From an uncultured Christensenella sp. (GTDB lineage: Bacteria > Bacillota > Clostridia > Christensenellales > Pumilibacteraceae), in assembly GCA_910577435.1 (NCBI GenBank), contig CAJTLV010000005.1, positions 7,080-71,079 on the forward strand: a stretch of DNA of 64,000 nucleotides. Reading direction: 5' to 3'. The translations under genes and the position numbers were made by a program. A model generated the notes under the pieces. That model ran no database searches and had not been told where the DNA came from. It saw only the letters and a program-made list of their open reading frames with translations. Position 1 is the first letter of the stretch. Every line of letters begins with the position of its first letter. Shown piece by piece: positions 53,876-62,073 of this stretch.

Positions 53876-53894
53876 ATTCGACGGTTCCAAACAC

Positions 53895-53923
53895 AAAAAA
53901 GACCCCGACGGGTTTTTCCGTCG
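53895..53923 (-). terminator. terminator-like hairpin plus U-tract (ends prs transcription and/or the short promoter-proximal RNA)
   Basis: Minus strand reads CGACGG-aaaaac-CCGTCG, then gggtc, then T6. Confidence 0.5.
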
Positions 53924-53992
53924 AAGTCCTTTGTCGTTTCAATGATTTTTTCGGTGCGCGAGAAATTTCGGGCGCTTACTCTATTTAGAGCG

Positions 53993-54003
53993 CCCCCCCC
54001 CCC
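53993..54003. repeat. homopolymeric C11 (G11 on the minus strand) tract
   Basis: Eleven consecutive C counted across the 53991/54001 line break. Lies inside the transcribed leader. Confidence 0.9.
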
Positions 54004-54068
54004 AGCATTATTACATTATTATAACTCACTTCTCGCACCGTGTGACCTCTGTATATATATTTGTATGA

Positions 54069-54097
54069 ATTATACACCTTATGAACGTCTTTGTCAA
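54069..54097 (-). promoter_or_regulatory. consensus SigA-type promoter firing toward the LRR gene
   Basis: Minus strand reads TTGACA, a 17-nt spacer, then TATAAT, about 360 nt upstream of ATG 53701. Confidence 0.55.
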
Positions 54098-54253
54098 CAC
54101 TTTTCCGTTATCTCGTCGGCGGGAAAACGAACTCGTTATAGATTTCTTATTCGTTACCGTTACGGTCCTATTCCTTCCTCGAGACACTTTCCCCGAAGCG
54201 GAAAACATCATTGAGTTATGCGCTTCGCCGCTTAATTCCGCATTCCGAACTTA

Positions 54254-55219
54254 TCAGTCGTACAGTTTGGACACGGGCAGGTCGGCAAAAATAGCGGCTA
54301 TGGCTTCCGCGAAGATAGGCGCGACCGATACGGGTATGATCTTGTCGATCTGTCTTTCGACGGGTTGCTCGATAGTATCGAGAATGAACAGCTTTTTAAT
54401 TACCGAATTTTGCAGGCGTTCGATCGCGGGACCGGACAGCACGGCGTGCGTACAGCAAGCGTACACGTCGGTTGCACCGCCCACTTCGACAAGCGCTTTC
54501 GCGCCCTGAACGATAGTACCTGCGGTATCTATCATATCGTCTACTATGAGACAGCGCTTGCCTTTAACGTCGCCTACTATATTCATAACTTCCATTACAT
54601 TGGCTTTGGGGCGGCGCTTATCGACGATAGCGAGCGTCTTATCGAGCTTGGTCGCCATTTTGCGTGCGCGCGCAACCGAGCCGACGTCGGGAGAAACTAT
54701 AATGAGATCGTCGCCTGCCTCTTTGATGAAGTCCTGACCGGCGATCGCTTTTGCGAGGATAGGCACGCCCAAAAGGTGGTCGACGGGAATATCGAAAAAT
54801 CCCTGTATCTGCGCGGCGTGAAGATCCATAGTCAACACCCTGTCCGCGCCCGCTTTGCAAATAAGATCGGCAACAAGTTTGGCTGTGATAGGATCGCGCG
54901 CACGCGCCTTTCTGTCCTGACGCGCGTAACCGAAGTACGGCATAACCGCAGTGATTCGTCCGGCGGAAGCGCGTTTCAACGCGTCGATCATAACGAGCAG
55001 TTCCATAAGATTGTCGTTTACGGGCGTGGAAGTCGATTGTATTACGAACACGTCGCACCCGCGCACCGACTCGCCTATCGAAACCGAGATTTCGCCGTCG
55101 CTGAAATGACCGACTTCGCAATCGGAAAGTTTCATTTTGAGCCGTTCCGAAATCGAGCTTGCGAGCGCTTTACACGAATTTCCGCAGAACAGTTTAATCT
55201 TGTTGCCGTGAGCTATCAT
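54254..55219 (-). CDS. prs: ribose-phosphate pyrophosphokinase
   Basis: 321 aa. PRPP-binding DDMIDTAGT and [10 protein letters not shown] motifs. Conserved glmU-prs order. Confidence 0.97.
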   Translation of the reverse strand: MIAHGNKIKLFCGNSCKALASSISERLKMKLSDCEVGHFSDGEISVSIGESVRGCDVFVIQSTSTPVNDNLMELLVMIDALKRASAGRITAVMPYFGYARQDRKARARDPITAKLVADLICKAGADRVLTMDLHAAQIQGFFDIPVDHLLGVPILAKAIAGQDFIKEAGDDLIIVSPDVGSVARARKMATKLDKTLAIVDKRRPKANVMEVMNIVGDVKGKRCLIVDDMIDTAGTIVQGAKALVEVGGATDVYACCTHAVLSGPAIERLQNSVIKKLFILDTIEQPVERQIDKIIPVSVAPIFAEAIAAIFADLPVSKLYD

Positions 55220-55263
55220 TGGTTCCTCCGAATTTTACATTGCCTTACGGCAATAGATATAAC

Positions 55264-56418
55264 TTATTGTTGTCCGCCGTTCGGCTTGCCTGCGGCATCG
55301 ATCACGCCGCCGTTTTCGGGCAGGTTCTGCTCGATAGGCGCGTAAAGATTGCCCTTCCAATCGCGCTTTACATACTGTCTGCCGCGCGCTACGGCAAGCG
55401 CCTGCTTGGGTACGGAATCGGTTATCGTCGATCCCGCCGCGATAAACGCCCTGTCCTCTATCGTGACGGGCGCTATTATGTTAGCGTTAGAGCCGATAAA
55501 CACGTTGTTCCCGACTACCGCACGATGCTTGTTCTTTCCGTCATAGTTGACGAATACGACCCCGCAACCGATGTTGCACTTTTCGCCGAGCTGTGCGTCG
55601 CCCACATAAGAAAGATGGCTGACCTTTGTTCCGCTGCCGATAATGCAGTTTTTCAACTCTACGAAATCGCCGATACGACACGCCTCGCCCACTACGCTGT
55701 CCGGACGCAGATACGCAAAAGGTCCGACGGTAGTGTATGAGCCGACGGCGCTTTTGTACAGTCTCGAACTGTCTATGCGCGCGCCCGCGCCTATAATGCA
55801 GTCCTCGATGTAGTTATTGGGCATAATGACCGCGCCTTCCTTTATGACGGTCTTACCCTTAATAAAGTTGTACGGCTCGACGGTAGCGCCGCGCGAAATG
55901 ACCGCGTCGCTATCGATGTAAGTATTATTGAAGTCCGGAATATTGACGCCGTTCGACGCGTGGTAGCGCAGTATTCGCCGACGAATAACGTCGGTGACGC
56001 GCGACAGCGATTCCGCGTCGACTACAGTATCGAACTCGCCGTTTGCCGGCTCTGCGTTCAGATACAGCGAATCCATCTCGAACAAATGCTCGGTGCGAAA
56101 AACGAACCCGCGCGGCAGTTTCATCGAGTTGTACTTACCGGCACGCAAACGATCCACCGCAGCCGCGATCGTTTTTGCGGTGACCAGCGGAGTATCGCAG
56201 TAAAGTATAACGGTGACGCTACGCGCGCGGTCGACAGAGCTTCGCACGGCTTCGCAAAGATTGACCACCTGCGAACCCTCGACGGTGCGGCAAGGCACGC
56301 CGATAGCGCTCCCCGCCCATTCGGAGAGAGACTTCCCCATTACCCGAATATTGCCGACCTCGCCGAGCGCTTTATTGTTAACGCGCAACACAATTCCGTT
56401 TACATCGAAATCAATCAT
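55264..56418 (-). CDS. glmU: GlmU-like protein: intact left-handed beta-helix acetyltransferase domain, short and degenerate N-terminal nucleotidyltransferase domain
   Basis: 384 aa versus ~455 typical. The C-terminal domain matches closely (SHLSYVGDAQLGEKCNIGCGVVFVNYDGKNKH...AAGSTIT). The N-terminus lacks LAAGxGTRM (it reads GIVLRVNNKALGEVG) but keeps the CDTPL motif. Confidence 0.75.
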   Translation of the reverse strand: MIDFDVNGIVLRVNNKALGEVGNIRVMGKSLSEWAGSAIGVPCRTVEGSQVVNLCEAVRSSVDRARSVTVILYCDTPLVTAKTIAAAVDRLRAGKYNSMKLPRGFVFRTEHLFEMDSLYLNAEPANGEFDTVVDAESLSRVTDVIRRRILRYHASNGVNIPDFNNTYIDSDAVISRGATVEPYNFIKGKTVIKEGAVIMPNNYIEDCIIGAGARIDSSRLYKSAVGSYTTVGPFAYLRPDSVVGEACRIGDFVELKNCIIGSGTKVSHLSYVGDAQLGEKCNIGCGVVFVNYDGKNKHRAVVGNNVFIGSNANIIAPVTIEDRAFIAAGSTITDSVPKQALAVARGRQYVKRDWKGNLYAPIEQNLPENGGVIDAAGKPNGGQQ

Positions 56419-56496
56419 ACGAATATTATAACGCTTTTAATCGTCGCCGTCAACCGATATTAAGCGCGAAAATCAAAAAAGCCCTTTCGGGCTTTT

Positions 56497-58074
56497 TTAC
56501 AGTGTTGCGATATACTCGTCGTAAGTGACGGGACGGTCGAACGTCTTTTCGCAGTTCTCGATGATGATTATTCTATTAGCTACCGACGACATAATTTCCT
56601 CGTCGGCGGTGATGAACAGTATGGGTGCTTTGAAGTTGATCATTCCCTTATTGAGCGACGTGATACTCTCCAAATCGAGATGGTTCGTCGGTTCGTCGAA
56701 TATAAGGAAATTGGGCGACAGCAACATCATTCGCGCAAGCATACACCGCGCCTTTTCGCCGCCCGACAACACGTTTGCGGGCTTTAACGCCTCGTCTCCC
56801 GAAAATAACAGCCGACCGAGCCACGAGCGCAGGTACTCCTGTTCGTGGTTTTCCGACCACTGATCTATCCACTTTACGAGCGACAGCGCACAGCCGTCGA
56901 AGTATTTGTCATAGTTCTGCGGCATATATGCGGGCTTGATGTTCTTGCCCCAAATGACCCGACCCGAATCGGGTTTGCCGTCGCCGAAAATGCAGTCGAA
57001 AAGCTCGGCTACGGAACGCGAATTATCGGTGATAAAGCCTATCTTGTCGTCGCGACCGACGGTGAACGACACGTCCTTGAAGTACCCTTCCTTAGTCAGT
57101 TTTTCGACGCGCAAAATGTCGTTGCCCGGATCGCGCTCGAACTTATAGTCTATATACGGGTATTTGCGCGACGACGGCTTTATATCCTGAATTTCTATTT
57201 TGTCAAGCTCGCGCTTTCTGCTCGTCGCCTGTTTGGACTTACTTGCGTTCGCCGAAAACCGTGCGATAAACTCGCGAAGTTCTTTGATGCGTGCTTCCGC
57301 CTTTTTGTTCGCCTCGCGCTGTTGACGCAGTATGAGCTGGGACGATTCGTACCAGAAATCATAGTTGCCCACGAACATATTGATTGCGTTATAATCCACA
57401 TCGCAAATGTGCGTGCAAACCTGATTGAGAAAGTGACGGTTATGCGAAACGACGAGTACGGTCGCCTGTTCGAGCGACTTCAAATACTCCTGCAACCACC
57501 GCACTGTCTTTATGTCGAGGTTGTTTGTCGGCTCGTCGAGAAGCAGTATGTCGGGCTTGCCGAACAGACACTGCGCCACAAGCACCTTTACCTTGACTTT
57601 CGGCTCGATCTCGGACATCTGCGTATCGAACAGCGATTGGTCGATGCCTATACTGTTGAGCAAGCTCTCCGCCTCTACCTCGCACTCGTATCCGCCCAAC
57701 TCGCCGTAACGGGTTTCCAGTTCTGCGGCGAGATTGCCGTCCTCTTCCGAAAAGTCGGACTTGGCGTACAGCACGTCGCGCTTATGCCTAACGTCGGCAA
57801 GCTCCTTGTGTCCGCAAATCACCGCCTCTCGCACGGTAAACCCGTCGTATGCGTTTTGATTCTGTTCGAGCACAGACATACGCTCGCCTTTGCCTATCAC
57901 TATCTCGCCCTTGCTCGGTTCGATCTTGCCGGACAGAAGTTTCAAGAAGGTCGACTTGCCCGCGCCGTTCGCACCGATAATGCCGTAGCAGTTTCCGCTC
58001 GTGAACTTGATATTGACGTTCTCGAAAAGAACGCGCGTGCCGAATTGAAGTTTTACGTTGTTTACGTTTATCAT
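56497..58074 (-). CDS. ABC-F family ATPase (translation factor / ribosome-protection type)
   Basis: 525 aa. Two ABC cassettes (GANGAGKST...LLLDEPTNNLD and LSGGEKARCMLARM...LIFDEPTNHLD) joined by a charged linker. No TM domain. Confidence 0.9.
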   Translation of the reverse strand: MINVNNVKLQFGTRVLFENVNIKFTSGNCYGIIGANGAGKSTFLKLLSGKIEPSKGEIVIGKGERMSVLEQNQNAYDGFTVREAVICGHKELADVRHKRDVLYAKSDFSEEDGNLAAELETRYGELGGYECEVEAESLLNSIGIDQSLFDTQMSEIEPKVKVKVLVAQCLFGKPDILLLDEPTNNLDIKTVRWLQEYLKSLEQATVLVVSHNRHFLNQVCTHICDVDYNAINMFVGNYDFWYESSQLILRQQREANKKAEARIKELREFIARFSANASKSKQATSRKRELDKIEIQDIKPSSRKYPYIDYKFERDPGNDILRVEKLTKEGYFKDVSFTVGRDDKIGFITDNSRSVAELFDCIFGDGKPDSGRVIWGKNIKPAYMPQNYDKYFDGCALSLVKWIDQWSENHEQEYLRSWLGRLLFSGDEALKPANVLSGGEKARCMLARMMLLSPNFLIFDEPTNHLDLESITSLNKGMINFKAPILFITADEEIMSSVANRIIIIENCEKTFDRPVTYDEYIATL

Positions 58075-58102
58075 TTACAGATCCTTGATATTAATAATTC
58101 AC

Positions 58103-58128
58103 AAAAAAACGGGCTATGACTGCCCGTT
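58103..58128 (-). terminator. intrinsic terminator between rpsR and the ABC-F gene
   Basis: Minus strand reads AACGGGC-agtcata-GCCCGTT followed by T7, 28 nt upstream of ATG 58074. Confidence 0.65.
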
Positions 58129-58142
58129 GTTTCGGGCGCGCA

Positions 58143-58281
58143 GACTAAGTGACGCGCCGAGATTGCGTAAGAAATTTTCGTGATACAATGGATATATGTT
58201 GCTGTTCGTAGCCTTGTCCTACGTGCCAAACATATAGCCGCACGCATCGCGGAAATTTACAGCAAGATCGGTGCACGAACT
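58143..58281 (-). repeat. structured intergenic element, copy 2 (homologous to 53736..53875)
   Basis: Same conserved blocks and spacing as copy 1 (139 vs 140 nt). The outer stem of the central hairpin has a different sequence here (TATATGTT/AACATATA) while the inner CGTAG/CTACG stem is kept. Confidence 0.5.
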
Positions 58282-58297
58282 CTTCTGCGCACCCTTA

Positions 58298-58579
58298 TTA
58301 CTCGTCGCGGAACGGCATAAGCGCCATTATACGAGCGCGCTTGATGGCGGTCGTTACGTCGCGCTGATGGCAGGCGCAAAGACCGGAAGCACGGCGGGGC
58401 AAAATTTTGCCGTTTTCGGCGGTGTACTTTTTAAGTCTGTCCACGTCCTTGTAGTCGACGTGGTCGATATGACCCTGACAGTATTCGCAAACGCGCTTTT
58501 TTACTTGGCGCGGGCGACGACGTCCGCCCTTGTCGTCGGAATCGTTTGCCTTGTTTCTGGGTTTATTATTCTTTTCCAT
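58298..58579 (-). CDS. rpsR: 30S ribosomal protein S18
   Basis: 93 aa. KKRVCEYC...[11 protein letters not shown]...GKILPRR...CACHQR. Basic N-terminal extension. Confidence 0.95.
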   Translation of the reverse strand: MEKNNKPRNKANDSDDKGGRRRPRQVKKRVCEYCQGHIDHVDYKDVDRLKKYTAENGKILPRRASGLCACHQRDVTTAIKRARIMALMPFRDE

Positions 58580-58603
58580 AACTGGAATTCTCCTTTAATT
58601 AGT

Positions 58604-59023
58604 TTAGAAAGGCAGATCGTCGTTATCGACGGGCTGCATATCGGATATGGGATGCGGTTCTTCGGGCATATATCCGCCGGACGCGCCGTCTCTGCCTGTC
58701 GACGCGGTTTTAGGCGTGAGGAACTCTACTTCGTCGGCCACAACATCGAACGACGTGCGCTTGATCCCGTCGCGATCCTCATACTGTCTGCGTTGCACAG
58801 AACCGTTGATCCCTACTTTACTGCCTTTGAACAGGTATTTGGCGCATCTGTCCGCAAGCTGTCTCCAACAAATGATGTCGAAGTAGTCTGCGACGCGTTC
58901 GCCGTTCGCATTTGTAAACGGACGGTTTACCGCGATATTGAACCTTGTGAAGTTAACGCCGCTCTGGGTGGTGCTCGCTTCGGGGTCGCGCGTCAAATTG
59001 CCTATCAAAATGATCTTGTTCAT
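58604..59023 (-). CDS. ssb: single-stranded DNA-binding protein
   Basis: 139 aa. MNKIILIGNLTRDPE OB fold and a C-terminal acidic tip DDDLPF. Confidence 0.95.
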   Translation of the reverse strand: MNKIILIGNLTRDPEASTTQSGVNFTRFNIAVNRPFTNANGERVADYFDIICWRQLADRCAKYLFKGSKVGINGSVQRRQYEDRDGIKRTSFDVVADEVEFLTPKTASTGRDGASGGYMPEEPHPISDMQPVDNDDLPF

Positions 59024-59033
59024 TCTCTTCTCC

Positions 59034-59324
59034 TTACTTTCTTTCGATCATAAAGCGAATAACATCGTCACTGATACGCATCTGCCGTTCGATCTCCGCA
59101 GGGATCTCCGGCGGCGCAGTGAACTTCATCAAAACGTAATGACCCGTGAAGTGCTTGCCGGAGATCTTCGTCTGAATGGGATACGCGAGTTTTTTGGAAC
59201 CCCATTCGTCGACCGTGACTTCGCCGTAAGGCTCGACGAGCGTTTTGAACCTTTGCACCAATGCCGTTTTGGCTTCGGCGTCCTGCTTGTCGGACAGGAT
59301 ATAAAGGATTTCGTAGTTATTCAT
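59034..59324 (-). CDS. rpsF: 30S ribosomal protein S6
   Basis: 96 aa. MNNYEILYIL...WGSKKLAYPI. Confidence 0.95.
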   Translation of the reverse strand: MNNYEILYILSDKQDAEAKTALVQRFKTLVEPYGEVTVDEWGSKKLAYPIQTKISGKHFTGHYVLMKFTAPPEIPAEIERQMRISDDVIRFMIERK

Positions 59325-59407
59325 AGTACCTCCTTTTGGACTACCGACCCGAATGAATTATCGGGTAAGGAATCGGCCGTAACTTTGTTTTACCGACCGT
59401 AAAAATG

Positions 59408-59436
59408 ATTATAACACAAATCAAAATCTTTGACAA
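59408..59436 (-). promoter_or_regulatory. SigA-type promoter of rpsF-ssb-rpsR with an extended -10
   Basis: Minus strand reads TTGTCA, a 17-nt spacer ending TGT, then TATAAT. An ~80-nt leader follows. Confidence 0.5.
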
Positions 59437-59514
59437 GCGTTTTAACGGGTCTATCGATCCGTAATTCTTCGTTCGACAGCAGACAGTGATTCTCAAAACA
59501 TTATAAAACGCAAC

Positions 59515-60171
59515 CTATTCCGCCTTATCCAAAATTACGAGTCTAGTACTCTCTATACTCTCGTTAAAGTCGTTGCGGTCGAGATCGAGTTCTTTGACGT
59601 CCTCGTATACCAGTTCGTCGTCGAACAGACGCTTGAACGGCTCTACCTTGTCGATATCGAGTTCGCAATGCTTTATTTTGTAGTGCATAGGAATAACGAT
59701 ATCCGGCATCAGTCTGTCTACGTATTCTTTGGCAAGCTCCGCGTCGACCGTGTAATTTCCGCCGACGGGAATAAGCAAAACGTTAACGGGGATAAGCCGC
59801 TCGATAAGTTCCGGACTGCACGGCTCGCCTATATCGCCCATATGGCAAATATTGACGCCGTCCATACGGAACTTGTAAATTATGTTCTTGCCGCGAAGCG
59901 CACCGTCCGCGTCGTCGTGGAACGACGGAACGCCTAAAATATGTATGCCGTCGTATTCGAACGTACCCTGCTTATCGAATATTTCCTTGAACTCGGCAAC
60001 GCCCTTGATGTAGTTATGGTCGTTATGTCCGTGCGACATTGTGACTACGTCAACGGACGGTTTGACGTAACCGTACCCCACCATTGCGGGATCGAACGGG
60101 TCGGTAAGCACCGACAGTCCCGTACTTTCCGTCAACACAAAAGCAGAATGTCCCAGCCATTTGATTTTCAT
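59515..60171 (-). CDS. MBL-fold metallo-hydrolase
   Basis: 218 aa. MKIKWLGHSAF and HGHNDH (HxHxDH) motifs. Confidence 0.85.
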   Translation of the reverse strand: MKIKWLGHSAFVLTESTGLSVLTDPFDPAMVGYGYVKPSVDVVTMSHGHNDHNYIKGVAEFKEIFDKQGTFEYDGIHILGVPSFHDDADGALRGKNIIYKFRMDGVNICHMGDIGEPCSPELIERLIPVNVLLIPVGGNYTVDAELAKEYVDRLMPDIVIPMHYKIKHCELDIDKVEPFKRLFDDELVYEDVKELDLDRNDFNESIESTRLVILDKAE

Positions 60172-60599
60172 TTCTTTTCTCCCGATTTATTGAAACGCGC
60201 CGCGATACCGACCTTGCGCGCTTCTTCCGCCGCACCGTCGATAGCGAGCGTATAACCCAAATCCATATTCAATCCGTCGTCCGACACCGTCGCACGGCTC
60301 GAGCCGTTTTTGACCGAAAATCCAAGCTCGCCGAAAGGCGTTTTTATCGTCGATCTGTATTCTTCATCGCTCAAAACGAACGAGTACGTTTGCATTCCGA
60401 CGCACTCGAACACCGTTTTCTCCGCAGTATGCGTTATTACGTATTTATCCCCGCCTATACCGAACTCCAAAACGAAACCGTCGTCGCGCACGCTAAACGC
60501 GCCGTCCGCATCGACGGGTTCGCAATCGGACGACAGTGTTATCGTCGCTTTGGTATGGGTACTTCGGTGAATGTCCGTATCCATAGTCATATTGTACAC
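60168..60599 (-). CDS. small beta-rich protein, possibly DUF1934 (YwiB-like)
   Basis: 143 aa. 4-nt overlap with the MBL gene. The family call is from size and alternating-strand pattern only. Confidence 0.4.
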   Translation of the reverse strand: MYNMTMDTDIHRSTHTKATITLSSDCEPVDADGAFSVRDDGFVLEFGIGGDKYVITHTAEKTVFECVGMQTYSFVLSDEEYRSTIKTPFGELGFSVKNGSSRATVSDDGLNMDLGYTLAIDGAAEEARKVGIAARFNKSGEKK

Positions 60600-60638
60600 T
60601 TTTAGAACGACCGTGTCAACTATATTATTCGGTTATTG

Positions 60639-61985
60639 TTATTTGCGCAGTACCATCGCCTTGATGTCGTTGACTGCAGTGCGCATTTTCTGGTCGGAAA
60701 CGAGCGCGGCGGAGATTTTGTCGCGCGCGTGCATAACCGTCGTATGCTCCCGACCGCCGAAAAACTCACCTATGGAGGCAAGCGGCAACGTCATAAGCTC
60801 GTTTATAAGATAAATCGCGACCTGACGGGGTTCTACGACTTCTTTGTTCTTCTTTTTGCCGACAACGTCCGCTTTTTGCACGTTGAAATAGCGACACGTG
60901 CAATCGATGATCTCGTCGGCGGTTATCTCGTCGCACTCTTGCACTCTGTAATCTTTGAGCGCTTCCGCGCAGATGTTCAAATCGACCTTGCTTCCGCGCA
61001 GTTTGGCTAGGAATATTACCTTAGTAAGTACCCCTTCCATCTCGCGAATACTGCCCGTAACGCGCTCGGCTATGTATTCGAGCGGTGCGTCGGCGATGTT
61101 TACCTTTGCGTCCTGCGCCTTGCGTTGAAGTATCGCTATGCGCGTTTCGAGATCGGGCGGTTGCACGTCGACTACAAGACTGGACATAAACCGCGACCGC
61201 ACACGATCGTCCAGGTCGGGAATATCCTGCGGCGGACGGTCGGACGCGAACACCATCTGTTTGCCGGAGTTTTGCAATTCCTCGAAAATATGGAATATCT
61301 CTTCCTGCGTCGACGGTTTTTTCGCGATGAACTGCACGTCGTCTATCATAAGAAGATCTATACTGCGGTATTTTTCACGAAACGCCTGATTACTGCCGCC
61401 GCTCGCCGTCCGTATCGATTCGATGAACTCGTTTAGAAAAGTCTTGGACGACACGTACATTATTTTGAGATTGGAGGTCGACATCTTTACCTCGTTGCCG
61501 ATCGCGTGCATAAGGTGTGTTTTGCCCAATCCCACGCCGCCGTAAATGAACAACGGGTTATATACCTGACCGGGCGCTTCGGCTACGGCGCGCGCGGCGG
61601 CGGCGGAAAGCTCGTTGCACTTGCCTACCACAAAGTTTTCGAAATTGTATTTGGGATTGATCGTGCCGTATTCGTTGCGCGGCGGCTCTTCGTGGTGCGC
61701 AATCGGCGCGGGCGCGGGCACGCCGTCCTCGTCATCAGAAACGATGGCTATGTCGCTCGGCGCGCCGTCTATACGGCGGAGTATCGCTTTGAACAGCGGC
61801 ATATACTTGGCGGCAACCTCGTTGCGTGATGTTGCCGTCGCCGTGCTCAATATCAAAACTCCGTCCTCTATCTTTACGGGACGCAATGGTTTGATCCAAA
61901 CGTCAAAGCCTAGCGAGTAGACCTCTACTTCCAGCTTGGACAGCATTTCCTGCCATATTGCATTTGCGTCGTTAATCATTGCCAC
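60639..61985 (-). CDS. dnaA: chromosomal replication initiator protein DnaA
   Basis: 448 aa with a GTG start (an ATG lies two codons in). AAA+ motifs NPLFIYGGVGLGKTHL and LLMIDDVQF. C-terminal DNA-binding domain VAIYLINELMTLPLASIGEFFGGREHTTVMHA. Confidence 0.97.
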   Translation of the reverse strand: MAMINDANAIWQEMLSKLEVEVYSLGFDVWIKPLRPVKIEDGVLILSTATATSRNEVAAKYMPLFKAILRRIDGAPSDIAIVSDDEDGVPAPAPIAHHEEPPRNEYGTINPKYNFENFVVGKCNELSAAAARAVAEAPGQVYNPLFIYGGVGLGKTHLMHAIGNEVKMSTSNLKIMYVSSKTFLNEFIESIRTASGGSNQAFREKYRSIDLLMIDDVQFIAKKPSTQEEIFHIFEELQNSGKQMVFASDRPPQDIPDLDDRVRSRFMSSLVVDVQPPDLETRIAILQRKAQDAKVNIADAPLEYIAERVTGSIREMEGVLTKVIFLAKLRGSKVDLNICAEALKDYRVQECDEITADEIIDCTCRYFNVQKADVVGKKKNKEVVEPRQVAIYLINELMTLPLASIGEFFGGREHTTVMHARDKISAALVSDQKMRTAVNDIKAMVLRK

Positions 61986-62073
61986 CGCCGAATTAATACC
62001 GTTTAACTTGATCGGTTGCGGGTGTGCGTTCCGAAATCAAACGCGCAACACAACCGTCGCTTATTACAATTCA

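Noticed and set aside
53895-54062. Known riboswitch classes (c-di-GMP I/II, PRPP/ykkC, ZTP, preQ1) for the LRR-gene leader RNA.
   Set aside because: I could not find any of their conserved core sequences by eye. It remains an unclassified structured RNA candidate.
53861-54509. Plus-strand ORFs 53861..54214 and 54081..54509 in the prs-LRR intergenic region.
   Set aside because: No RBS. One starts at TTG inside the repeat element and reads through the C11 tract as poly-Pro. The region is better explained by a minus-strand promoter, a structured RNA and terminators.
1303-57400. DnaA-box-like 8/9 matches (TTATCCACc at 1303, TTATCCACg at 4700, TaATCCACA at 57392).
   Set aside because: They are isolated, lie inside coding sequences and are far from dnaA. 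This is not an oriC-type cluster.
58071-58247. A 58-codon upstream ORF on the minus strand (MRAAICLARRTRLRT...). It starts inside element copy 2 and stops at a TGA overlapping the ABC-F ATG. I considered it as an attenuation leader peptide.
   Set aside because: There is no Shine-Dalgarno before its ATG, and the ATG is not conserved in element copy 1. I kept the RNA-structure interpretation, but a short leader peptide cannot be fully excluded.
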